Below are positions 25,338 to 37,421 of a stretch of DNA of 64,000 bases, one piece after another. The position numbers and the translations under genes were made by a program. Under the pieces are notes generated by a model that did no database searches, had not been told where the DNA came from, and saw only the letters and a program-made list of their open reading frames with translations. Each line of letters opens with the position of its first letter. Position 1 is the first letter of the stretch. The stretch comes from the human T2T-CHM13v2.0 reference genome, Homo sapiens. The stretch is from the NCBI RefSeq assembly GCF_009914755.1, contig NC_060936.1, one strand, 5' to 3'.

Positions 25338-25572
25338 GACTTTCAGCCTTCTTTAGAAGACTGGACCGAATTCCAGCAAGGCCTGGAGAGCCTCAACCCT
25401 TGGACCTATCTAAGGCACCACATTAACATCTTATATGTAGGTCCTGGAATAATGTTTTGTCTCTGTCTTCTGTTCATAGTCTGTAAAATCAGATGGACCA
25501 TCAATCGGAAAATGAGAGCTGCCCAGTCTGGCCTTACATTCTTTCAATTAATACATAAACACAAAGGTGAGA

Positions 25573-26017
25573 TGTTGGGAGCCAAAAAGGCCAAAGTGAT
25601 TGTGACCAACTCACCATTCCACTGGAGGCTATATGATCAAACAGCAAACTGTTTATCATGAATGCAGGATGTGAGCAAACTCACATTGTGCCCGCTGCCA
25701 AAAGGTTTGCTGAGGGCCTCACTCCCTGGTGCCGGGCTCCTTGAAGTTATCTACTGGGAAATCTAGCACCTATTGTTCAAAGAATGCAGTCTTGCAAGCC
25801 TGCTGTGAATCTAACCGCCAGCTGAAAACCAGCCCCCGACTTCTCGCTATCTCTTTTGTCTAATAAATATGGAGGGCTGTGTAAAGCTCAGGGCTCTTGT
25901 CCACTAGAGGCAAGGTGCCCCCTGACTCCTTCTTCTAATCATATTCTTTCGTCTTTGTCTTTTATTCCTGCATTCGCCCCCATTTGTTCAGTTCCCCCAA
26001 GGTCTGGGCAGGTTACA
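25573..26017 (+). mobile_element. LTR3-type 3' LTR of HML-6
   Basis: TGTTGGGAGCC...CATTCCACTGGAGGCTATATGATCAAACAGCAAAC...GGTTACA; TG...CA termini; AATAAA at 25862-25867. Confidence 0.88.
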
Positions 26018-26109
26018 AATCGCCACTAAAGAACTTACTCATGTAACCAAATACCACCTGTACCCCAATAACTTATGGTAAAATAAAATAAAATAATAAA
26101 AATTGAAAA
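26018..26109 (+). mobile_element. Extreme 3' end and A-tail of the same L1PB
   Basis: aatcgccactaaagaacttactcatgtaaccaaataccacctg...; TSD aaaaactggaagcttt (21272-21287) / aaaaactagaagtttt (26110-26125). Confidence 0.88.
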
Positions 26110-26746
26110 AAAAACTAGAAGTTTTATATGACAAAAGATAAAATGAAGGACTGCATTAGAAGTCAGGTGAGAGACTTGGATAAAACATTTGCGACTTTTT
26201 AAATAGACCAAAGATTAATATCCAGGCTATTGCTCCTAACTGTCCCCCATCTGCAAAAAAATACCGACAAGCCCATAGAAAAAGGACAGAGAATCTGAAT
26301 TAGTAATTCCTAAAAAGGGAAATGGAATGGGCTGATAATCTTTGAAGACGTGTTTAACCTCAAGCATTCAGCAGGTAGAAGCACATTTAGGGAATGAGAT
26401 AGCCTCAATATATTGGTAAAAATGTAAAAGGCTGATAATAGCTGGCCTTGGTGAGGTTAGAAATAAGCACTTTCAATGTGAGGGATGGTAATATAAATTG
26501 ACACAACCTTTTTGGAGGTCAGCTTCTTAGTTGAATCTCATGAGAATGCTACTTTAATATTTCTGGTAATAGTAAAATATTGGAAATAATGTAAGTAGCC
26601 ATCAATAGGTAGATAGTTAAATAGACTATGATATGTCCATATTATAAAATATAGCTATACAGCTATTTTTCTTTTTTTCTTACATTTCCTCTGACCAGCT
26701 TTAAAATATATATGTAAATTCCCTTTATAATTTATTTTATTACAAT

Positions 26747-27054
26747 TTATTTTTTTTTTTAGAGACAAGGTCTCGCTCTGTTGCCCAGACTGAAGTACAG
26801 TGACCTAATCATAGCTCACTGTCACCTCAAACTCCTGGTCTCAAACTGCCTTCCCACCTCAGCCTCTAAAATAGCTGGGATTACAGGTGCTCACCACCAT
26901 GTCTGGATAATATTTTTATTTTTTTGTAGAGTTGGGGGAGTCTCACAATGTTGCCCAGGCTGGTTTCAAACTCCTGGCTTCAAACAATTCTCTCACCTCA
27001 GCCTCCCAAAGCACTGAGATTATATTAAATAGGTGTGAGCCACCACACCTAGCC
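26747..27054 (-). mobile_element. AluJ
   Basis: Poly-T, then agagacaaggtctcgctctgttgcccag...gtgagccaccacacctagcc. Confidence 0.9.
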
Positions 27055-27177
27055 TATGCAGCTTTAAAAAGAATGGAGAGTCTATTTATAGATTTTAAAA
27101 TATCCCCAAGAAATGATACTAATTAATAAAATGAAGTTGCCAAGCAATACTTGTAGTATGATCTTATTTTTTCTTAA

Positions 27178-27476
<299 letters not shown>

Positions 27477-27914
27477 TAAGAAATCCAAAACATATTTCTA
27501 CATGTAAATGCCAAGGTATGTACACACATATAACAGGCACAGAAGATTACACACCAGCCGCCAATGTTCACTAGCTCTGAGGAGGAGTGTAACAAGCCCC
27601 TCAGGGACCAGCGGTGTAACTCCAGATGAAGAAACAGGTAGAATTTTAGAACAACCACATGGGAGAGAAAAGTAGGATTTTCATGAAATCCTCCCATTTT
27701 TGCACAGCACAGAACTAACTGGCTTTCTGAGACTAGGGCTTCCTAATGACAAAGAGAGAGAAACATACTGAAATCAAGAAAGAGATCAAAGATGATTAAG
27801 AGAACACAGTAATTCTGGAGATTGAAGAAGCCAGCATACATATTATAGAGATGCTCTAGATTCTCGGTGACCTGGGAATTAAGGTGTCACAAAACACCTG
27901 CTCAAGGAAGACTT

Positions 27915-28265
27915 ACCAGAGGTTCCCAAAGTATGGTCCTGGACAGGTGGTGTCATCGCCAGGAAAGTTAGAAATGTTATAATGCAAATTCACAGACCCT
28001 GACCCAGACTTATTGAATCAGAAACTTGGGTGTGGGGCCCAGCAAGGTTTTAACGAGCCTTGCAGGGATTTGATGTTCACTTAGGTTTGACAAACACAAC
28101 TTCAGACGGGTGCTTCTAAAGTTAAACACATGCGAATCACCTGGGAGAGTGTGAAACAGCGCGTTCCGATTCAGCAGGAAAGCCGGGGAGCCTGAGGTTC
28201 CGCATTCTCACAAACTCCCAGGTGATCCTGCTGCTGCTGCTTCTCAGCCGCACGCTGAGTCACTT
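27915..28265. mobile_element. Two adjacent MER5A-family elements in opposite orientation
   Basis: cagaggttcccaaagtatggtcc...aatgcaaattc...tgaatcagaaact..., then gaatcacctgggagag...gattcagcagg...gcattctcacaaactcccaggtgat. Confidence 0.7.
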
Positions 28266-28900
28266 TTGAAAGAAGATGGAGTGAGCATTTAATGACTGGA
28301 AGGCTTCACAAGGAAATAGTCCAGGAAAACACAAATAGCAGCATCAGTTTATCTCCACTGGCATTTCGAAGAATAGGAGCAAAAAAAATGCCGCTCTCTT
28401 TCAGTGGCGTGTTGCCTGGTGTTCTGTGGATGCTTTCACCAACAGCAATATCTGTGCATGTCTATAACTGAAAGCTGCAAGCATTACTTGCTACCCCTAA
28501 TTTTTGTTAACCACTTCTCTTTGCAGATGCAGAAGCTGAGGCTAGCACACAGACCTATTTTTGTTCCAATGTCACAGAGGCCTTGGACAGACTGAGTTGG
28601 CAAGTCTCCTGACTGCGTGGCTGGAGCGCTTCTGCAGGGCCCTTGAGGCTGTTTTCGTCAAGCCACAGTGGGAAGTAGTGACAGAGCACATGAGATTGAC
28701 ATTGCTGTGGCTCAGTCATCAAAACTGGACTAGCTCAGTCTCCAGGCTCACTGGTGAATAATAGGAATCTTTGTCGTCCTTTCCATCAGAAAGCATATTA
28801 CTTAAAACCCCTTGCTAACTCACAGGGTGAGCTGTCCTGTCACACATCATCATATGGAATGGAAACTAGCAACTGAATATAGCAACACTCAGACTGATAA

Positions 28901-29678
28901 CTTGCTCCACGGATAACTTGTTTGTTTACCGACTCTGGGGATGGAGAAAGACACATTACTCAAATAACAAATGCCATTTCCCCTGCACACCCTGGAAAGA
29001 GTGCTGCACCTGCAGCCTGTGGTTTAACTGTAGCAATGCAGGTGAGCAACTCAAGTGCATTTCTGTGATGGCAAACAGCAAGGTGGGCATAGTGAGTAGT
29101 GAGTTTCCTGGCTTATGGGGAGCAATCAGAATTATGGCCTGAATGCAACACTCAGCAAACTCAGACTGAGATGTTTACAGGCCAGCCCAGCCCAGGAGGA
29201 GGAAGGGGCTTTTATTCCTAAATCAAGAAGTGTCCAGAAAAAGGGAAATAAGGCTTAGGTGTGTTATGCTGAATTTTGGGCACCTGTCCCCACCAATAAC
29301 TTGGCATCCTGAAAATGCTACAGCAGGACTCCAAGGGCCAAGAATGCCTGTTCTCTACACAGCTGAGGGATGGCCAGTGGCCTCATTGCAGAGCTGCCAC
29401 TCAAAAACTGAAAGATGCCAAAAGGGAAGAGCTTGCTCCATGGATAACTTGTTTGTTTACCGACTCTGGGGATGGAGAGAGACACATTACTCAAATAACA
29501 AATGCCATTTCCCCTGCACACCCTGGAAAGAGTGCTGCACCTGCAGCCTGTGGTTTAACTGTAGCAATGCAGGTGAGCAACTCAAGTGCATTTCTGTGAT
29601 GGCAAACAGCAAGGTGGGCATAGTGAGTAGTGAGTTTCCTGGCTTATGGGGAGCAATCAGAATTATGGCCTGAATGCA
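28901..29678 (+). repeat. 247-bp direct repeat pair (28901-29147 and 29432-29678), 2 mismatches
   Basis: Base-by-base comparison, offset 531 bp; the differences are ccac/ccat and gagaaag/gagagag. Confidence 0.98.
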
Positions 29679-30088
29679 TTGGCACAACTCTGCCTGCAGT
29701 CCAGGAAGCTTTTCTGTTGTAAAGGTCTCCTTTCTAGACCACCTTTGAAGTCATAAATTAGCTGAAGTGGAGTTGGTGTGCACTTGCTGGATCTGGTGGT
29801 GTGTGCTTGGATGCCTAAACAAGAGGAGTTGCCACTACTCATTTTAGCCAAAGACTCAGCCAGAATCCTATGCTTTAGTGGGACTGGGAATGTGATGGTG
29901 AGAGGGAGGTAAGAGGATGAGTCTTGCACAAGCTAGACTCATTAGTCACATCTTTCCCAACCTTTGATGTGCCTGGTAAATGATGTCCGCCCAAGTGCTG
30001 TGAGGGCTTGTCTTCAACAGGAGCCCAGATCTGCTGCTGCAGGAGGGGAGATGAGGAGCCTTGCAGCCCTAAGGGAAGGTGCTGAATA

Positions 30089-30091
<3 letters not shown>

Positions 30092-30144
<53 letters not shown>

Positions 30145-30146
30145 TG
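30092..30146. repeat. (CT)n(GT)n compound microsatellite
   Basis: Read directly from the sequence. Confidence 0.97.
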
Positions 30147-33100
30147 AAAGCACCCACTGTTCAGATTCAGATAAACACGTTTCAGCTCTAGCACACCCAC
30201 GAGTACCTGTTCTCCTCCCTTGCACAACAGCAGCTTACAGAACAGAGAACAAAACTTGAACTGTCATAAACTGTGCTCTGAGGGGAGGAAAAGGCTGGCT
30301 GACAGTGGGAGCTACTCCTGCTCAGAAATGAAGGGGAGGGACTCTGTTTTCTTCTGAATATAAAACCCTAGTGAATTTCCAATAATGCTGGGTGATGACA
30401 GGAAGGCATCAAAGCCCTAAAGGCTGGTAACCGAGCTGCCAAGCCAGGCTCTCCACATGCCGACATTAAGAGCAGTGGCAAGGCATTAGCATCTATCCTG
30501 CCCCTGCCAGGCCCTGTCTTTATCTCCACTTTCCTCCCTTCCCTTTTTCTGCTGCTTCCTCTTCTCTCTTGTTTCCTCTCCCCTTTCTAGACCTAAAAGC
30601 AAAGAGTGTCACCCTCCAGATGTCCCTTGGCTACACCGTGGCCCTGGGTTAAGGAGGTAACTGGTTCTCCACAGCTCACAAGAAATGGGCCAGGGCCAAC
30701 ACGCATGTGGCCTTGAGCCTAATGCCAGCCTGACCACTGTGCGGGTTGTTGTCTATTTTCAGTGCCTGGATTCTCCTCTAAAGATGAGGATAATGGTCCC
30801 TCCCTCCCACACCTTCACAAGGATGATTCCAAGGACAAGCAAGATTGTTCTTCAGAGCACGCCTCAGAGGAAGGGCATGGTGTGAGTGCTGGGCATTGTT
30901 AGGATTGTTCGTTTACCTTCCAGGGTCCCTCGCTGGAAGTGACAGGGGTGTGCACTTACAAAATCATTCTTGACCCAAAGTACCTCTTTTAAAGATGCTT
31001 GCCTTTAAAAGAAGACAAGTAGTTTTTGCTCCCATGATATCTCAAGTGGCACTTAGATTGCCGGGGGCCTGTTGTCCAGTAAGTAATGTCACCTAGCGGG
31101 ATTATGACTGGTTTGGAGTCTGGGTCTGAGAACTGGGGTAAACCACTTCTTCATGTCTTAGTCCCCTCATGCATAAAACAGAGGGATCGCACAGGGTGAT
31201 CACTAAAGGACCTTCCAATGTTAAGATTTAAAGGGTAAACGGCTCTTTGATAAAGACAGATCATAGAAGAGTAAGAACCACACAGCTTAACCTTCCAGGG
31301 GACAATTAAGATGCTTTAATGTGAAGTGAATGACGATGTGGTAGAGTATGATGTGAATGTAATAGCATAGGAAGGCCGGAGGGCATGGGGGCCTCTCAAC
31401 CTCATACTCTGTACTAGATGCGGCATCTGGAGCATCTCAAGAGGGGCTAAGAGATTCAGTCCTCACCCCAGCTCTGAAGATGTCTCAACTGTGAAAAAGA
31501 GACAGGGAGTCCCTGACTCTCTGTCTGCTCCTTCACTGGTTACTCCCATGTTGGAAGGCAGGGGAGGAGGAAGGCCCCAGCATCTTCCATCACTGCTGCA
31601 GACACCAACCAACCCTCCTTCCTCCCACTCCTCTGCTTCAACTCTCACCTGAGTCCCCACCCCAAACAGCCCTCTGCTAGCCATTAGGTGTTAGCTGCAC
31701 TTCACCTGCAAAAGGCCTTCCTTTGCCAGTTTTTGTCAAAAATGTTAGCATAGTGTTTGCATAAATTTGCAGGTTTGATTCAAGAAGCCCTGATTCCAAT
31801 AGTGTAGGAGAAAATACACTGACTGCACCTGGAGTCAAGGAGGCTTTCAGGAGGGCACACTTGATTCACCACACAGGGCTCGAAGAGGCACTCAGTATGT
31901 GAGGCTGGGATGCCCAGACAGAAGCTTCCCCCACGATCCAGGAAATCAAAACGTTTTCAATGTTGGCTTGAAATCATGGCTAATAGGAATAAAAAAGCTC
32001 TTCTCACCCTGGGGAAGACTGGGGAGGTAGGGAGGGGAAGAGTTCCCAACTATTCCATCCAAGAGGGGGCAAGGAAGGACAGTGGCAAGCCCAAGTCTGG
32101 AGCTATTTCCTCCCAATAGTGAATGTCTGGTAACTTTACCCAGAAGTTCTGATTTTTCTCGTTAGTCAAACAGGACTCTGACTTCCAAGATTAGGCTAAA
32201 TCCAGAGCAGTTTGGGGAATGAAGGAATCTGGCTGAACAATGGAAGTTGGAATCATTGCCCTACCATCAGCAACTCCTTAACAGAAACAAACTCCTCTGC
32301 CCACTCGTCATATCCACAAACTATTTTCATAGAAGAGAATGTCCCAGCTAGAAATGCAAGTGGACGAGTGCCAACCCAATGAGGCTAATGATTTGCAAGT
32401 GGAGACCTCTGAGCAACTTGGTAAAGAAAGCAGGGCTTGGCCTTCACCCGGGAGGCTTGGGACCCCTGACCACCCCCTACCCCATCACCAATAAACCTCT
32501 CAGAAGGAGGAATTCTGTGACAGCCCTCAGAAGAGAGTGGCTATCCACTGGCCACAGCGATGACTAAAGCGAGGTTCATGCCACAGAAGAACACAAAGGT
32601 CACCAAAGCTGTCTAAAGCAGACACTGAATTTATTATTCGCCAAAGAAGGGGAGACACTCATTTCGTTAAGAAAGGTCAGAACAGCTCTCCAAACTGAAG
32701 GTGAATAGGACAGATACACTGTGGAAAAGAGGACATTTTGTTCAAAGGTCTGATTGGCTCAAAAAGCAAGTTGTAAACTCTCTTCTGGGACTGACTGCTT
32801 TTCTGACTTTGTGTCACAGAGGCATGAGAACAGCTCGTGGGAGATTCTGGATGGATCTGACCTGTGGTGCACGGCCCTGGCAGCCTGGTGTCTGTGCCTC
32901 CTCTCGAGGTGAGATTTTTCTCTGGCACCCACTTGGGTTAAGGTGAGGAACCCTGGAGCCCATGGGCCTGCTGCATGGCTCTGCACCCATCACCCGGCTC
33001 TCTGATCCTCACTGCCTAGGATGGAGAGATATGCAGCCCTCCTGGCTGCAGGTATGAGGAAACCACATGAAAGCTGTTCCAGAAATTTGTTGGCATGTGG

Positions 33101-33477
33101 CCATCATATCTTCTAACCAGGAAAACTGAGTCACAGAGCTCCAAGCCCCAGTAAGTTGGAGGATACATTACTAAAATGCTCCTGAATAGGCAAAAAATAA
33201 AAAAAAATTAAAAAAATAAAGAAAAGAAAAAGAAAAAAAAAGGCAAACTGGAAAGAGCTAACCCCAAATTAATCATGTCTAAATCCCAGTGGTAGGTTTG
33301 CAGGAGATTTCTAACTTCTCTTCTGTATTGATTTTCTGTATTAATCTTTTCTGTGTTGGTGTTCTGTATTCTCCAAATTCTTTACTATGTGTGGTTTTGA
33401 AATCATATTTTTTTAAAATTTGATTTTTAAAGGATGAGCTCCAGGTCAAGGTTGCTATTAAGTCAAAGGTATGCATA

Positions 33478-33787
33478 GTTCTGGCACAGTGACTCAAGCC
33501 TGCAATCTCAGAACTTTGGGAAGCTGAGGCAGGCAGATCGCTGGAGGCCAGGAGTTTGAGACCAGCCTGGGCAACATAGAGAGACTCCATTTCTACTAAA
33601 AACTTAAAAAGTTAGCTGGGCATGGTGGCATGCATGTGCAGCCCTAGCTACTCAGGAGACTGAGGCAGGAGGATTGCTGGAGCCTGGGAGTTTGAGGTTA
33701 CAGTGAACTATGATCCCTCTACTGTATTCCAGCCTGGGTGACAGAGGGAGATCTTGTCTCTATTGAAAAATGATAATAAAAAAAAAG
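33478..33787 (+). mobile_element. AluJ
   Basis: Diverged dimeric Alu with A-rich tail. Confidence 0.9.
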
Positions 33788-36217
33788 ATCTGTGCTCAGC
33801 AAAGTCAGGATATTATCCCAGAATCGGAGTTGAGAATTCAGAGCTGGTGGCTACGTCTGGCAGCCCTATGCTGGCTAGAGCCCAGGGCTCCATCTCCAGC
33901 ATCCCAGTCCAATTACCCTCTTCCTCCTTAGCAATGAGTAATACACCACCTCTTGAAGCCGCATGCTGGTGTCTCCTCCTTGACAATTTCTTGTGCTTGC
34001 TGTTCTCCGCCTTGTTACCCAGTGGCCCTGTGCCACATCAAGGACTTAGGCTTTCTATTTCCTCCTAGGACCCTCCCTGAGTCCCCTCAGCCTCTTCACT
34101 TGCTTCTCCATGGCCCATCCCATCAGTTACTTCAGCAATCCCTCATCCCCTTGACCTCACCGTCTGCCCCTGGGGACAATCACAGGAGGACTCCCCTTGA
34201 CTCAGTCCAGCTGCCACCTTCTCTGTCCTGTGTGGGGCGGCTGAGCGCTGCTGAGACCACATGGCCTCATGGATCTAGACGGGTATGAGCTCCTGGCCTC
34301 TGCTTCGTCCTTGGTGCTGCCCGTAAGTCCTGTGGTCTCTGGCCAGCTTTATGTCCTACTCCCCCAATGGCTATGACAGACCCTCGCCGGTCTCCTGAAG
34401 CTTTCTTTCCTACTGACTCGCCCCTCGCCAGCCCCAGCTCCCAGCGACCTTGCCCTCTGCTTCAAGGAAGATGAAAAGTTTCTTATGTGGGAGGAATGTT
34501 TGCACTTTCTAGACTCCCTCTGCAGAGACCCTCTTCCTGGCAACCTCTCCTTCTACAGCCATGGGCGGTGCTGACCAGGAGAGGAGCCACTGGGAGTCCT
34601 GCAGAAGGCCTCCTGGCAGCCACGGCCTCCCCACTGTCCCCAGCAGCAGCAGTGCATCTTCAGGCAGCTCTGACTGCTGGACCCTGCAGACTCAGACCCC
34701 CACCCCTCTGCAGCAGGAAGTTTACTGCTTCTGGGAACCCACAGGATGTGAGAGAAAACAACTCCATGGGGCTGGGAGCCTTGGGTTTGAAAGTTGGACC
34801 TGGCACCCACTGGCTTCACTTTCTTGAGAGTAGAGTGGAAGGCAATCCCGCCCAACCTCCCACACACCATGACAAGTGCCCGTGGGTAATAAATGGAAAA
34901 GTGCTTTGTAAAATGCTCCCCCTATGTGAAGGATTTATGCTATAAATCCTTAGAATGACTCATCTGAGCTCTTAACCTACTTTCTTAGCCCTTAAATGTT
35001 TGCTTTTCAACAGGGATTCCTGAGCCCTGGCTTGTTCTTGAATTTGCAGGAGCCACAGACCCTTCACCCCATGCCAACTGACCAGAGGCCTGATGCTCCT
35101 GCCCTCTTCTCTCCCTGCCACTCCAACCAGAAGACCTCTGGCCAGTTGCCATCCAGGGACCTGGCATGACCTCCCCAGCCTTTGAGGCAGTGATCTGGAT
35201 GCCCAGAGAGTCAAATACAGAGAACCAGGGACTGGCACCCCAGCTGTGGGTTCTCAGAGTGGGCTCATGTGAAGGAGTGAGAAACAAGGAGCACAGGAAC
35301 CTCTCTCTGGCAGCCCACCCCTCTGTGCCCACGGAACCCGCTACTGAGGGCTCAGCATGAGGACTGTGTGCAGCCTCTCCTGAGACCCTCACTCACCAGG
35401 TACTTGCAGATTTCCTCCAGGACCTACATGCATGTGGTCGCTGAGCGTGGCACGCAGCAATGGCTGGATGAGTGAGGACCAGCCAATCATGTCAGCCCAC
35501 ACCGCCAGAGCCTTTCCCCAGGCCTATGGGATGGAGAGAAGGGAGGCCTCAACCTCACTCCTGTGACTCTCCAGCCAAGGGGCTGAGTGGAAGCCCTTCC
35601 GTCATAAAGAGAGGGCAGATATGTTCAGAGCCACCCAGAGGACAATGTCAAAGAGGTGAATGTAGAGCCTACAGGCAAGGCTGGGCTCATGGAAATGGCC
35701 ACAGGGAAGGGGCCCTGCTCTCAAGGAAAGGGGACACATATCAGGCCTGGCAGTGGCCAGACAAGTGACAGCCAGTGTACCTGGAGCACTTCCATGTTAT
35801 TTTCCTGAATGCTGAGCACCAATGATATCAGAAGTGTGAAAAAATTTTGGGGGGTGATGCCTCCAGGCTTACATGTTTTTAGTTGCTGCAGCATGTGGCC
35901 CACAGCAGAGGTGGCTGAGATCCTCACCTTCTCCTGCTCCTGCCAGGAAGCGCAAAGTGGAGATGAGAGGCAGTGGCTTCCCTGGCCCTGCCTGGCCTGG
36001 CTTCCGTCCTTCCACATCTTGGTCTCTGTGTGCAAGGGGCCCCAGCTGTACTGTGCTTAGCTGATGCATAGACAACATGATGTGTGTATGTGAGGGGTTC
36101 TCTCTAGAGACCAAGAGCTAAGAAGCCCGTTGATGAAGGCACAGTGCTAGGAAATAAGGTCATCGTTTCAGTTCTACCGTGGACTATATCCGCAGCTTGT
36201 GACATTGTTTCCAAAGT

Positions 36218-36412
36218 GTTCAAGCAATTCTCCTGGCTCAGCCTCCTGAGTAGCTGGGATTATAGGCACCTGCCACCACACCTGGCTAATTTTTGTATTT
36301 TTAGTGGAGACAGGGTTTCACCATGTTGGTCAGGCTTGTCTCAAACCCCTGACCTCAAGTGATCTGCCTCCCAAAGTGTTCTGATTACAGGTATGAGCCA
36401 CAGCGCCCAGCC
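36218..36412 (-). mobile_element. AluS, partial (3' part missing)
   Basis: gttcaagcaattctcctggctcagcctcctgagtagctggg...atgagccacagcgcccagcc with no poly-T. Confidence 0.88.
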
Positions 36413-37211
36413 CTGCACACCTTTAGACCAAGTATTCATGTCATCTACCTGCCTGTCCATCCACACACTTGGGTACTTACCTTCCTGACAGTGGCTTAAT
36501 CTGCTATTTTATTTTCTTGGCTACCTACTACCTATGAGTAGGTTTCCTTGCCTTCCCTTGGCACGCATGTCTTCTGACCTAGACCTCTGAGGTACCAGGG
36601 AATTTCCAAAGTTGCTTCCACAACTTCTTCCCACCTTCCTGATGGTTTACTCACAGCTTCAGAAGAAGCTCTGTGCTCCAGAAACTGGTCCCCACCCTCA
36701 CCCTGACATATAAGCCAGAGACTTCACAGACTAAGAACAGGTCCCTTCCTCTTCTCCTCTTGTCCTCTTGCACCCTCTAGAGAGCTCTTTCCCTCCATCA
36801 CTGGGAAGGTGTATGTTGGACGGGGTGGGAGGTTGAGGTAAGTGAGTCCCTGCCCTCCTGATAGGAGAGAATCACTTAATGACCAAAGCTCATTCGCAGA
36901 TGCCTGGGGACTTTTCTTGGGGATGAGCCTTGGAACCTTCTCTTTCCAAAAGCCACAAGGAGAACTGGAGGAGATTTGTACCTTGGTCCTAATGACTGTG
37001 AGGTAGAACAACCCACAAAGGGTCATCAGGAAGCTGTGGGTTAAATCACATCTCTACAAACTGCCTCCAAGGAGCTTCCAGGTGGCAGTGGAGAAACATA
37101 TCACCTGCCAGGGTACAGATGCCTGAGATGGAAGCATTAGTTTGATCAGAGAACAAGGGCAGCAGTGGGTGGGAGTGCTCTATGGATTCTTCATTCTCCT
37201 AATTCTTCTCA

Positions 37212-37421
<210 letters not shown>

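Larger units (their letters stand above)
24603..25572 (+). mobile_element. HERV-K(HML-6)/HERVK3 env remnant (end of SU plus TM)
   Basis: Translates ...GRIPGLWIPVNL...ALGMIIFATVSLVTL...QTAQYVENW...CPFNHTHIC (betaretroviral CX7C)...PWDLVKAHLQG...LNPWTYL...MFCLCLLFIVCKI; followed by a purine-rich tract and LTR3. Confidence 0.88.

Noticed and set aside
28918-29673. Two Cys-rich ORFs with the same C-terminus (CCTC...)
   Set aside because: By-product of the 247-bp DNA duplication; non-ATG starts and no coding evidence.
34929-34951. Perfect 10-bp inverted repeat aaggatttat-gct-ataaatcctt
   Set aside because: About one such stem is expected by chance in 64 kb, and it has no supporting context.
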